DNA from: Octopus sinensis
Taxonomy: Eukaryota
Direction: 5' to 3'
Length of the DNA: 64,000 nucleotides
Assembly: GCF_006345805.1 (NCBI RefSeq)
Contig: NC_043001.1
Coordinates: forward strand, 79,050,001 to 79,114,000
The position numbers were made by a program, and so were the translations under genes. The notes beneath the pieces are model-generated. The model saw nothing but the letters and a program-made list of their open reading frames with translations, made no database searches and had not been told where the DNA came from. Positions 13,730 through 25,509 of this stretch are shown in pieces (position 1 is the stretch's first letter; each line of letters begins with the position of its first letter).

Positions 13730-13928
13730 GAATATAAACTTCGGTTTATTCTTTTCCTTACCTACTATATATGACCATTAATACTATTACGCATAATCAG
13801 ATATAGGTAAGTCACCAGTAATTCATTGGTCACAAGTGTCCCTTAGACGGTTGTTATAACCTCTAATTTAACTCACATCACACACTATCTATCTATTTAA
13901 CGATATACATATACATGTTTGGATTAAC

Positions 13929-13972
<44 letters not shown>

Positions 13973-13997
13973 TATTTGAAACTGACTTATTGGAAGT

Positions 13998-14040
13998 CCA
14001 CCTGAAGATTGTCGATCAAGACAAGAAACAATTGTAGTGG
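13998..14040 (+). ncRNA. Minimal type I hammerhead ribozyme in a TA-flanked Penelope-like terminal fragment (13978-14216)
   Basis: ccac CUGAAGA uuguc-gaucaa-gacaa GAAAC aauu GUA gugg. Stem I ccac/gugg, 5-bp stem II, palindromic stem III ACAAUUGU, GUA cleavage triplet. Confidence 0.8.
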
Positions 14041-14224
14041 CGGTTTTTTTGACTATTTATTAAAATTTTATGTATTGATTAAGTCTTTCCTTGTTTGTTT
14101 TGCAAAATAGTGGTTTTGTCTCTAATAATATTTTATAATATTTTACTATAAAATTGGATTTAATCCTAAATCTGATTTTTTCCCTGTAAATTTGGATTTA
14201 TTCCCTAATATTTATTATATATAT

Positions 14225-14272
<48 letters not shown>

Positions 14273-14324
14273 TTTATTTAAAGCATCAGACAGCTTTTGC
14301 TAGAATGGTCCATTCTAGCAAAAA

Positions 14325-14362
14325 CTGTCTGATGAACGGCAACGAGAAACTCAGAGTAACAG
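14325..14362 (+). ncRNA. Minimal type I hammerhead ribozyme in a second TA-flanked PLE terminal fragment (14272-14466)
   Basis: cugu CUGAUGA a-cg-gcaa-cg-a GAAAC ucaga GUA acag. Stem I cugu/acag, short GNRA-capped stem II, stem III ACUC/GAGU. Confidence 0.65.
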
Positions 14363-14504
14363 ATTTTGTTGAATTTTCTGCTGCTTTAAATAAAGCATAT
14401 TACTCTACCACTGGTATTGAGTACTCTTTTTTCCACCTTGTTTCATATTTATGTGTTTACTCCGGTATATATATATATATATATATAATATATATATATA
14501 TTAT

Positions 14505-14780
14505 ATAGTTAATCCAAACATGAAAGCACAAAAAAAAAAACAGAACAACGCGAGGACGTGGAACAAATATAGTATTATTGGACGCTCAGATAAGAAGGAA
14601 AGAAGGAGGGTTTAACGTTTCGAGCGGAGATCTTCGTCGGAAATATAGGAGAAGGAAAGATCCAGAGAAGGGAAGACTGAGGAAAAAATGGCCTACGGTG
14701 CTCACGCGGTCACATTTTGAATGACCGGAAGGAAATGGGTGAAGAAAAGGTCTTTCAAAAACAGGAGAGTGCAAGAGGAG
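14505..14780 (-). mobile_element. PLE 3' terminal fragment with degenerate hammerhead (14611-14643)
   Basis: Reverse strand uuu CCGACGA a gauc-ucc-gcuc GAAAC GUU aaa. The core is mutated. The fragment abuts (TA)n. Confidence 0.5.
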
Positions 14781-16050
14781 GTATGTGTGTGTGTGTGCGT
14801 GTGTGTGTATGTGTGTGTGTGTGCGTGTATGTATATGTATCGTGTGTGTGTTTTGTTTGTAGTGTGTGTGTGTGTATGTATGTGTGTGTTCATGTGTGTA
14901 TGCGTAGTGTTTGGGTGTGTGACGAATAATTGAGTTTTACTTAGCGTACGTGTGCGTGCGTGCTTGTACGTGCGTATGTGTGTACATATGTATGTATAAT
15001 TGTGTGCGTGTATGTATAATTGTGTGTGTCGTGTGTATAGGATGTATGTGTGGATTCATTTGTGTGTGTCTGTGTGTATGTATGTGCGTGCGTATCGTAT
15101 GTGCGTGCGTACCGTATGTGCGTGTAGTTGTGTGTGCGTGTACGTGTGCGTTTGTATGTGTGTGTGTGTGTGCAGGCGTATATGGGTGTATATACGTGTA
15201 TCTGTGGGGTTGTGAGTGTTGGGTGTGAGCATTCGTGTGCGTGTGTGCGTGCGTATGTGTGCGCATGTTTTTGTGTGCGTGTGTGTGTGTCTGTGTCTAT
15301 ATGTGTATATGTATGTGTATGTGTGTGTGCGCGTGTAGGCATATATTATGTGTATGTATATGTATCGGTGTGTATGTGAATTTGTGTATGGGTGTGTGTG
15401 TATGGGTTTTTGTTGCTGTGTGGGCGTAATGTGCATGCGTGTGCTTGTGTGCGCTTACGTGCGTGTATGTGCGTGTGTGTCTGTGCCCATATGTGTATAA
15501 GTGTGTGCGTATCTGTATGAGTATTATTTGTTGGAGGTATATGTGGGCATCTGTGCTGTTGTGTGTAGGTATGTACGTGTGTATATGTGTGTGTGCGTGT
15601 ATTGTGTGCACATGTACGTGCGTGTATATGTATGTGTGTGTGTGACCGTGGAGATGTGTGTCAGGTTGTGTTCATTTTATTGTGTGTACGCGCGTGTGCT
15701 TGAGTAAGTGCGTGTATGTGGTTGTGTGTACGTTTATGTGTGTGTGTCTAAAGGTATGTTTGTCTGTGTGTGCATGGGGTTGGATGGGATAGGTTTCTGT
15801 GCATTCCTGTGCGTGTGTGTACGTTTGTGTACGTGCGTGTGTGTACGTTTGTGTACGTGCGTGTGTGTACGTTTGTGTACGTGCGTGTGTGTACGCGTAT
15901 ATGTGTATGTGCGCATGGGTGTATGTGGATGTGTGTATATGTGTATGTATGGATGTGTGTATGTGTGTGGAAGTATGTGTGCGTATATGTGCATGTATGT
16001 TGTATGTGTGTGGTCGTGGATACGTGAGTATGTATGTGTATGTGTTCGTG
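14781..16050. repeat. 1.3 kb (TG)-rich cryptic simple repeat
   Basis: Degenerate TG/TGTA/TGCG, with an internal tandem gtgcgtgtgtgtacgtttgtgtac about 3 times near 15810-15890. Confidence 0.9.
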
Positions 16051-16061
16051 TATAAGAACAA

Positions 16062-17156
16062 TCTCTCTATATAAACGGCAATTTGTCTGTCTGTGTGTCT
16101 ATGTGTCTGTCAGATTGTACCCTATCCTGACCACGGCTTTCAACTCATTCTGATGAAACTTGACACACATTGAAAACTAACGCAGCGAAAATTTTGAAAA
16201 TTTCCCCCAGTTCTGAAAAACCTCGATAAATTCGACATGGGGTCGCGAATCTAAGCTTTTTATATGCAACACATTTTCTGGTGTAGTTTTCGCAACTTGC
16301 AATCGATTTTCACCAAACTCATGGTGAAGCCTAATGTTACTCTAAGAAACTTAATTCTGACGTTAGTTTTCCATGCGAATCCTTACCATCAGAAAAAATC
16401 GATAAAATCATGCCATTTTTGGAAATCGCGTTCAAATTCAAGATGACATATTTTCGACAATATCTTTCACAAATTGGCAGGAATTTTATTAAAAATTCAC
16501 AGCGAGCATTATGTCTGCTCCAAGGAGCTATATGGCCCTTTTTATTCCAATAGGCTACTTTATTACTGGAAAAAATTGGTTAATTAAATCATATGTGGCA
16601 AACCGATTTGTGTATTAAACACAAACCACAGACTGTCTAGGGGACGCAACTCGACCTTTTTAACTCTCGGAACACGTGGGGTAAGTATCCCAAAATGTAT
16701 AAAAATGTACAAAATCGGCAAAACAGCGGGCAGCAATGTGAGTGACAACAACGAAAAAGTCAAAAGTGACCAAAATGAACAAACGGATGGAAAAGGTTCT
16801 TTGGTGCACACGACAAAAGTGGTTTATGATTCCTTAGGGTACGTCAAAAATTTAAGGTAAAACGTTTGGGGTGGTAGTTATAAAGAAAGTTTAAACAAAA
16901 AATGGATTCGAATAACTTGCGGCTGCAGCAGCTATTAGCAGAAGCGGCGGTGTTGGGGGTAAAGTCTCGAATGTAATTTCTTCCTGGTAGGAATTGGTTG
17001 GGTTGAATTATCGATAGCAGTTTGATATGTATTTGGGAATGAAGAGAAGACATTGCAACCTACACATGCGTCTTCGTTCCCTGGAGGGAAAGGACTAGAT
17101 TGGGATTAGTCGTTGCCTACTAGGGGCTCTTACATACCTGGGCAACGCCGGGCTAG
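16062..17156 (+). mobile_element. Non-autonomous Helitron
   Basis: Inserted between A and T. 5' end TC(TCTCTATATAAACGG...GTCTGTCTG). 3' end is a GC hairpin (cctgggcaacgccggg) followed by CTAG|t. Confidence 0.8.
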
Positions 17157-17349
17157 TAATTTATAAAAACAATAAAATTAATAAAATTAATAAAATTATA
17201 AACAGAAAAAAAAACAAAAAATATAAAACAATAAAATAAAATGAAAGACGTAATAGCACGTAAGGAAAGAAAAAGAAAAAAGGACAAAGAAAAAAGAAAA
17301 AAGAAGAGAAGAAGGAAGAAATAAGAAATAACGTTGCTTGTTGCGGGAG

Positions 17350-18630
17350 GTGGAGACGCAATCACTAAGAGGAGGGGGCTGTGTTGAGTCCGTGCGGGAT
17401 ATTAGTCTGTAAAATGAAAATAAATCGTTGTTCCAGGTGAAGCCTGGATTGTGGAGGTCCGTTGTGTGGGGCGAGACCATAACACGGAGATGTCACCGGG
17501 GGAATGGTTGGCCAAGCGGAAGTGACGGGCGACGGGAGATTTGGAACGGAACCGAAAATCCCTTAGATGTTCGATGAACCGGTTGGCCAGTCGGCGGCCC
17601 GTAGTATCTTCCGACGAAGGGGTGGAAAAGGAGGGGAAAGGGGGTGCGGTTAGGGGGTTGGTATTGCGGTCGATTTTGAGACTGGGTCTCAAAATCCTAG
17701 TCGCGGCTGCACAAGCGTCGGAGGCGGAGGAACTGGGAGTAGGGGATGGCCCGTTTGGTGTGGAAGGGATGGGAGGAGGAGAAGTTGAGTTAGAGGTGGG
17801 AATCCGTAGGTTTGAAGAAGGCGGAGGTGGTGAGAGAGTGGGAGGGGTGGTCGATGCTAAGAGAGATATCGAAGAAGTTAACAGAGGTATTGGAAATGGC
17901 AGAAGTGAATTGGAGAGAGGGGTGGAAGTTAGAGAGGAAAGAGATGAAGTAGCAGAGTTGTTCGCGGGAGAGGGAGGTGGCACCTATGCAGTTGTCTATA
18001 TAGCGACCGTATAGCTCTTGGATCGGCCCGGAGAATTGGGAGAATGCTTGGGCCTCAATGTAGTCAACAAAGAGATTGGCGAAATTGGGGCCCATTCTCC
18101 TTCCCATCCTGACCCTAGACATCTGTGGGTACGTTTCCCCGGCGAACGTAAAGCAGTTGAGGGTGAGGACGAGGTCTGCCAGGCGGAGAAGCGTGGGGGT
18201 GCAGGATGTGTGGGGTCAGCGCGACGGCGAGGAAGTATTGGAGGGCTAAGAGACCGTCGTTCTGGGGAAACACAGTGTAAAGATGTCTAAGGTGAAGAGG
18301 TGTGAGAGGCTGGGAGGGAAGGAAAAAGAATCGAAGAGACGGAGGGCGTGGTTAGTGCCATGTATGTGGGATGGGAGGGCAGCAGCTAAAGAGGACAGGA
18401 TGCGGTCGAGGTATAGGGAAATGCGTTCGGTGGGACAATTACAGGCGGAAACGATGGGGCGGCCAGTGTTATTGGGTTTATGAATATTGGGAAGGAAATA
18501 GATGGTGGAGGTTCGCGGTGTACAGACGATGAGGTTGGTGGCGGTGGGGGGAGAGCAGAAGAGATGAGGTCGTGGATGGTGGAGGATACTCGCTGTTGGT
18601 AGGAGGGGGTGGGATCGGAGGAGAAGAGAC
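17350..18630 (-). pseudogene. Penelope-like element (Poseidon-type) RT plus GIY-YIG ORF, frameshifted and partly deleted
   Basis: IYFLPNIHKPNNTGRPIVSACNCPTERIS; MGPNFANLF...YGRYIDN (catalytic YIDD mutated); NFFDISL...FKPTDSH; TGRRLANRFIEHLR...SPVARHF. Confidence 0.9.
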
Positions 18631-18670
18631 GATAGAAGAGACACGCACCCCCAACCAGCTAAGCCTGAAT

Positions 18671-18710
18671 CCAGAGACTAGTTTCTGAGACTTGCTCGTC
18701 ATCAGTCTAG
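18671..18710 (-). ncRNA. Minimal type I hammerhead ribozyme directly 5' of the PLE ORF
   Basis: Reverse strand cuaga CUGAUGA c-gag-caagu-cuc-a GAAAC ua GUC ucugg. Stem I 5 bp with one G-U pair, palindromic stem III ACUAGU, GUC site. Confidence 0.75.
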
Positions 18711-18847
18711 AGTAGAATGGCTTACTAGCTGCAGATGCCTGTCTAGACCTTGTAAATATATATAATAATTCCAGTGAAATAAATGCACTGATCACAAAAA
18801 ATAGAAATATTACATTTCTAAATATCTCAGATAGATATAAGCAGTGG

Positions 18848-19330
18848 TGTTACGACAGAGCAGTTGTATACTGTCAACCTAACTTGATAGTCCCAAAAAC
18901 GGAACCACACCACCGCTATTTAACCATAGGAAGCATCAACGCTTCCTGTCGGCCTTGATACATTCCTGTGTCCTTATGTTTACAAGGGGAGACAGACATC
19001 CCCATCCATCTAAGCCTTAGCTGGATTTTTATCGAGTAAGCCAGGACGGAACGTCTCCAGTCTAACATTCGTGCATATTTTAGGTGCGAGCGAATATCAA
19101 CAACCCCACCTGCTGCTAAACGGTGTCCGCATCGACTGATGATTTTTTAGTTTTCTAGTAATGTTCACTGACGTTGTAACTTGCGTATTTCTCTTTTAAC
19201 CAGTATATAAATTTGGTAACCTTCGTGTTATTTCACTTCAAGTTGATGCTGAAGGAGGAGCTGTGGTTAGGGATTCTGATATTTGAATATCGTTTCCCTC
19301 AAGTCAATGTAAATTTTCAGATAGGTATGT
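18848..19330 (+). mobile_element. Possible solo LTR, 3' end not found
   Basis: Begins TGTTACGAC and has a TATA-like tatataaa near 19204. No terminal CA or TSD identified. Confidence 0.3.
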
Positions 19331-19351
19331 TGCTTTATTTGTCTACGTAGA

Positions 19352-19717
19352 GGGCGGCGAACTGGCAGAAAAGTTGGCACTCCGGGCGAAATCCTTAGCG
19401 GTATTTCGTCTGCGGCTACGTTCTGAGTTCAAATTCCGTCGAGGCCGACTTCGCCTTTCATCCTTTCGGGGTCTATTAAATAAGTACCAGTTACGCACTG
19501 GGGTCGATGTAATCGTCTTAATCCGTTTGTCTGTCCTTGTTTGTCCTCTCTGTGGGTAGTAAAGAAATAGGTATTTATGTTGTGAGTTCAAATTCCGCCG
19601 AGGTCGACTTTGCCTTTCATTCTTTCGAGGTCAATAAATTAAATACCAGTTGCGTTTTGGAGTCGATCTAATAGACTAGGACCCTCCCCCAAAATTTCGG
19701 GCCTTGTGCTTAGTACA
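19352..19717 (+). mobile_element. SINE family A, long (two-core) form with 18-bp TSD
   Basis: A and B boxes. Flanked by tttatttgtctacgtaga (19334-19351) and tttatttgtttacgtaga (19720-19737). Confidence 0.85.
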
Positions 19718-21178
19718 AGTTTATTTGTTTACGTAGAATTGTCTTCTGCATTACAACAAGCAAGTTTTTGACTTCTAGTCTTTGAGAAGTTTTGCTACAT
19801 TATTTTTGCTCAGCAGCTGAATTCAGTATTTTGTTAAGGCTTGTGTGAATCATGCTTCGTTTAGGCAATGAATCTGATGGAAATCATATTTAACTTCATG
19901 CTGTATATTTTTCTAGTTTCACTCGTTGGACTTGAAGTGTTTATTCGAACACATCTATCTAGGTCTTGTTTTTGAAACCTGTTACTAATTGGACCACCTT
20001 CGTTTGTCAAACTGCTAAGTTACTGAGACGTAATACAGCAAAAACTGATTGTTAAGCAGTGATGGAACTCACACACAAAACAAAGACCAACACACAAGCG
20101 GATGTATATATATATATATACGAAAACCATTTTTCAATTTCCGCCAACCAAACCGACTCATAAGAATTTGATACACTGGGGACTGTAGTATAATACACTT
20201 GTGCAAGGTTCCACGCGGTGTGTTTGAAATAAAGACCACATAGTTGGGAGGCGAAAATCTCTCAAATAACTCTGATTGTTTATAACTGTAAGGCGGCGTG
20301 CTGGCAGAATCGTTAGCACACCGGGCGAAATTCTAGCTGTATTTTGTCAGCCTTCACTTTCTTAGTTCAAATTCTGCCGAGGTCGACTTTGCCTTTCATC
20401 CTTTCGAGGTCAATAAATTAAATACCAGTTGCGTTTTGGAGTCGATCTAATAGACTAGGACCCTCCCCCAAAATTTCGGGCCTTGTGCTTAGTACAAGTT
20501 TATTGGTTTACGTAGAATTGTCTTCTGCATTACAACAAGCAAGTTTTTGACTTCTAGTCTTTGAGAAGTTTTGCTACATTATTTTTGCTCAGCAGCTGAA
20601 TTCAGTATTTTGTTAAGGCTTGTGTGAATCATGCTTCGTTTAGGCAATGAATCTGATGGAAATCATATTTAACTTCATGCTGTATATTTTTCTAGTTTCA
20701 CTCGTTGGACTTGAAGTGTTTATTCGAACACATCTATCTAGGTCTTGTTTTTGAAGCCTGTTACTAATTGGACCACCTTCGTTTGTCAAACTGCTAAGTT
20801 ACTGAGACGTAATACAGCAAAAACTGATTGTTAAGCAGTGATGGAACTCACACACAAAACAAAGACCAACACACAAGCGGATGTATATATATATATATAC
20901 GAAAACCATTTTTCAATTTCCGCCAACCAAACCGACTCATAAGAATTTGATACACTGGGGACTGTAGTATAATACACTTGTGCAAGGTTCCACGCGGTGT
21001 GTTTGAAATAAAGACACATAGTTGGGAGGCGAACATCTCTCAAATAACTCTGATTGTTTATAACTGTAAGGCGGCGTGCTGGCAGAATCGTTAGCACACC
21101 GGGCGAAATTCTAGCTGTATTTTGTCAGCCTTCACTTTCTTAGTTCAAATTCTGCCGAGGTCGACTTTGCCTTTCATC
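19597..21178 (+). repeat. Direct tandem duplication, unit about 779 bp
   Basis: 19597-20375 is nearly identical to 20376-21153, with only a handful of differences seen by eye. Both junctions lie inside SINE copies. Confidence 0.95.
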
Positions 21179-21399
21179 AATTTATGAACGATAAAAAAAG
21201 TACCAGTTACATACTGAGGTCGATGTACTCGAATTATTCTTTCACTAACATTGCTGACCTTGTGTCAAAATTTGAAACCAATTATTATATGAGTAATGTG
21301 GGGTAACATCAGTATATTAGCCTAAAGAATGAGTTAACTACACATGGATGCCGGAAAGAGTGAGTATCATTTATTCAGTATTATTCATGGTGATGTTGT

Positions 21400-21884
21400 T
21401 GGCGCTAATTTTGATGATGAAGATGATGATGGTGACGATGGTAGCAATGATGATAATGTGGATGAAGATGATGTAGGCGGTGGTGATAGGATATTTATGA
21501 CAACATAATGGCGTTTGTAATAACGATGATCATCGTTGCTGTTGCTGCTGCATGACGGTGGTGATGACGATGACGACGAAGACGACGAAGAAGACGACTA
21601 CACCGACGGTGACGACAACAACGACGACGACAGTGATGATGATAATGAAGATGATGATGATGGTTATGAGGATGATGATGATGGTTTAGGTGGTGGTGAT
21701 GGTGGTCGTGGTGGAGATGATGATCACGATGGTAGTGATGATGATGGTGATGATGATGGTGATGATCATGATGATTATGATGTAGAGATGATGATGATGA
21801 TGATGATGATTGTGGTGTTGGTGGTGGTAGAGATGATGATGATGACGACGACGACGATGATGGTGATGATGATGATTATGATGT

Positions 21885-21936
<52 letters not shown>

Positions 21937-22609
21937 AGGGAAAATAATTATGATGGCGATCAAATTTAACTTCTATAATCACCAAAGCTCCATTGAAAAA
22001 TGGCGAGTAGGTTATAGATGCAGTGCTTCTGATCATAAATCTAAACAGCCAAATCATCATCATCATCATCATTAACATCATCATTTTCATCGTCGTCATC
22101 ATCTGCATCATCAGCGTAATCATCATCATGGTAATCGACGTCGTCGTCGTCGTCGCCGTTATCGTCGTGATCATCATCGACATCACCATGAGCATTGATA
22201 TTCTCATTATTCCTATCATCACAACACACATGACGAGGATTATGGCAAGCAACACGTTCATTATCATTACCAATAACTGCAACGACCAGCGCCATAGCAA
22301 CCATCAACGTCAGTATTACTATCATCATTACCAGCACCATTACATCCTCCTCCTCGTCATCATCATGGTCAACATTATCATCACACCACTACCTGTACAG
22401 CCATCATCACAGCCATCCTTAGTGTTAGCATCACTACAAACAGCGCCATCGATATCATTAGCAGAAACAATAGCATCGCTAAAACCACTGCAACCACCGC
22501 CACTACAAGCACCAACATCATCATCATCATCACCATCATATCCTCATTTTCATCCTAACCACATCGCAATTACAATTGTCGTCATCGTTGCCGTCAACAT
22601 CATCACCAC

Positions 22610-22645
<36 letters not shown>

Positions 22646-22658
22646 AATCATCATTATT

Positions 22659-22696
<38 letters not shown>

Positions 22697-23010
22697 AATC
22701 GTCATACCACAGAGATTCCGCTATTAGAAATATCACCATCATCAGAATCCTCCTCCTTCCCCTTTTCACCATCATCATCATCATCGTCGTCAAACCACAG
22801 CGGTTCTGTTATTACAAATATCATCACCATCAGAACCATCCTCCTTCCTCTTCCCATCATTATCATCATCATTATCATCATCATCGTCATCATCATCATC
22901 ATCATCATAATCATTTTTATCTTTATCGCCAACACCAGAGCACCCCCCCCCCATCACCACCACTAACATCAACAATATCGTCAACATTAACTTGAGTATC
23001 TCCATTATCA
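21400..23010. repeat. (GAT/GAC)n block followed by (CAT/CGT)n block
   Basis: Degenerate trinucleotide repeats on opposite strands. These produce the poly-D/M/I/H ORFs in the track. Confidence 0.9.
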
Positions 23011-23325
23011 TCTCTATCACGCAAGATTTCTTTCTTCGAAACTATTTTTCCATTAAGAGTGTATCAAACTTTAGTCCATGCAGAAATACTTCTTATGTAC
23101 GCTATCAGATCTCAATTTTAAATCTTGATCCACCGATTTCCACCAATCTCCTTCAAGAACCACAGCTTTACTAACCGTCACCTTCAATTATTTATTTATT
23201 CATTGATTTCTTAACGGCACTGATTAGTTGACTCGGTAGAGTAATGACCTAAGTTCACTATCTAAAGTCAGGTACCATACCAACAGGATTTCGCTTTGTG
23301 TCCATCCCTTCTTTGTTGGATAAAA

Positions 23326-23823
23326 TATTGGGTTGTCCGAAAAATTCGTGCCGATTTATAGTAGCTTAAATTGCGACTTATTTTAGAACATGGTTGAGTC
23401 CATATAATAGGATTTGACTACACATCCATTCAGAGCACAGTTTAAGCCATCTTTTCCTGGAAGAAGGTTTATGTTCCTATAAACTGTGTTAATACTGTAA
23501 CCCTTTAAAATGGAAGATAAGAAAGTTCATTTTCGGCATTTCATGCTTTGGGAACCAGACAAAAATTGCTGCAGCTCGGCTGTGATGTGTTACCCCCCAC
23601 CCTCCATATTCACCAAATGTTGCTCCTTCGGATTTCCACTTATTTCCAGGTCTCTGCAGAATAGTCTTAATGGTAAAAATTTCAATTCCTTGGATGACGT
23701 AAAAAGATACCTTGATGAATTCTTTGCCATGAAACCACCTCAATTCTGGTAAGAGGGTATTTTCAAGTTAAAGGAAAGATGGAGACGCACAGTGCAACAA
23801 AATGGTTCATATTTGGTTCATTA
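23326..23823 (+). mobile_element. Internally deleted mariner (Hsmar1/cecropia-like)
   Basis: 5' TIR ta-ttgggttgtccgaaaaattcgtgccgattt. MEDKKVHFRHFMLW is fused to ...PPYSPNVAPSDFHLF / RSLQNSLNGKNFNSLDDVKRYLDEFFAMKPPQFW. Confidence 0.85.
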
Positions 23824-24087
23824 AAGAAAGGATTGTTCTTCCTTTCTTAGTGGTAAGACCATAAGGGTCTACTTCTAGCATAATGGATGTCCACTTAGTG
23901 GTCCTCCCTCTTATATGTAGATAGATACGTAGGTAGGAAAAGCCTAAATTCCATATTCATTTCCGCACACTTCTACTGTGCTTATGCAGAAAATATCCGA
24001 AACTGAAAACATCGACATCATCCTATTCTCTGTGTGTGTGTGGGAGTCTGTAGTACGTGTGTATGTGTACATACACAAGCATATATA

Positions 24088-24800
24088 TACGAAGGGGTAC
24101 CCAAAAGAAACCGGAATTTTGCAGAGTTATTTTATTCACTAAGTTTTACATGCTTACATATTTTGGCTTTACAGGTATTCTCTATTTGAAGCAATGAATC
24201 GGCCCAGCGCGTTTTCTACTATTGGAAGCAGTGCTGGAAAGCTTGCAAAGTGATGCCTTTTAACGCCTCCATCTTTTTTTCTTTTTTTTTCCACCTCTTC
24301 CACATCTGCAAATTCCATAGCATTAGCGTTCTTCAACAGTTATGACCTTCGGAAGAAGATCCGGATCAACTTCCATCCGTTCTATCAGTTCACGATACGC
24401 ATTCAGTTGTGACTGCTTTTAATCTTCCGTGAGCAAGCGAGGAACAAATTTTGCTACAACATTTTTTATCCGCAAATCTTCGCTCAAAATATTTTGGCAG
24501 GAGCTTCAGGACTCATCAGTCATATCATCTAGTTCGTCAAGTGTTCGGTGATGGTCCTCCAAGATCAGTTCATGAATTTTGATGATGTCTTCATTCGTTC
24601 ATTTTTTCGGGATCCTGAACGAGGTTATTCTTCAAGCGTCAACAGATCATTCCTAAAGAGTAGAAACAACTCGTAAACTTGTGTTTTTACTCATGGCAGG
24701 GGGCTTGTAAGGTGTTTGAAGCATTACAACTGTTTCGGCTGCCATTTTCCTCAGCAGAAAACAGAATTTCACGGAAGCACACTATACCTTCATTTCAGCT
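24088..24800 (-). mobile_element. Mariner relic (irritans/Hsmar2-like), internally deleted
   Basis: TIR ta-cgaaggggtacccaaaagaaaccggaat. Reverse strand LILEDHHRTLDEL...AKFVPRLLTED...DPDLLPKVITVEE. Confidence 0.8.
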
Positions 24801-25054
24801 ATCGCAAAACTCGACGAATAGTGGAGAAGCACTGCCGAACGAAGACGCACCTCGTTGTAGTGAGACTCGAGCAAAAGTCGCTGGTTGGCTGACTGATGCC
24901 AGAAGGTCGCATTAAGTGACTTCTGAACTACAGCAGGTTTATCTCACAGAGAACGTTTCAAGTTACTTGAGAGTCTCCCCACCGTTTTATATATATATAT
25001 ATGTATATATAGATACACACACGCACACACACAAGCACACACCCCCATACACCC

Positions 25055-25130
<76 letters not shown>

Positions 25131-25509
25131 CACACACTTAGAAAATCAAATAGAAAAACAAACAGCTAGCGATATTAGCTGTCCAAGAGAGAGCCACTGT
25201 TAAAGCACTCGCTCAATGAACGAATGAATTCATAGTGTAAAATTATAAAATTTCGGTTAGAATTCTTTATCAGACACTAAAGGTGTTCCAACAAAAGGCA
25301 TATAAAAGGGGCTAAAAAATAAGCGACAGAATCGAGCCAAGAAACAAGAATATGCAGGTTACACGTGTTTGCATGATGTGCATGTGTCTGTATGTCTGTA
25401 TGTATATATGCATGCATGTATGTATGTATTTGTGTATGTATGTATGTATGTATGTATGTATGTATGAATTCATGTATGTATGTATGTATGCATGTATGTG
25501 TATATGAGT

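Noticed and set aside
7695-13815. AG|GTAAG recursive-splice-like sites at about 7699 and 13806
   Set aside because: A few such 7-mers are expected by chance in 64 kb of AT-rich DNA, and the polypyrimidine tracts are mediocre.
17402-18014. 193-aa P/S-rich ORF and 157-aa G/E-rich antisense ORF
   Set aside because: These are alternative frames of the strand-skewed Penelope ORF.
24500-24520. CTGATGAGTCC on the - strand, resembling a hammerhead core
   Set aside because: It lies within the mariner transposase coding relic, with no GAAA or stem III at a suitable distance.
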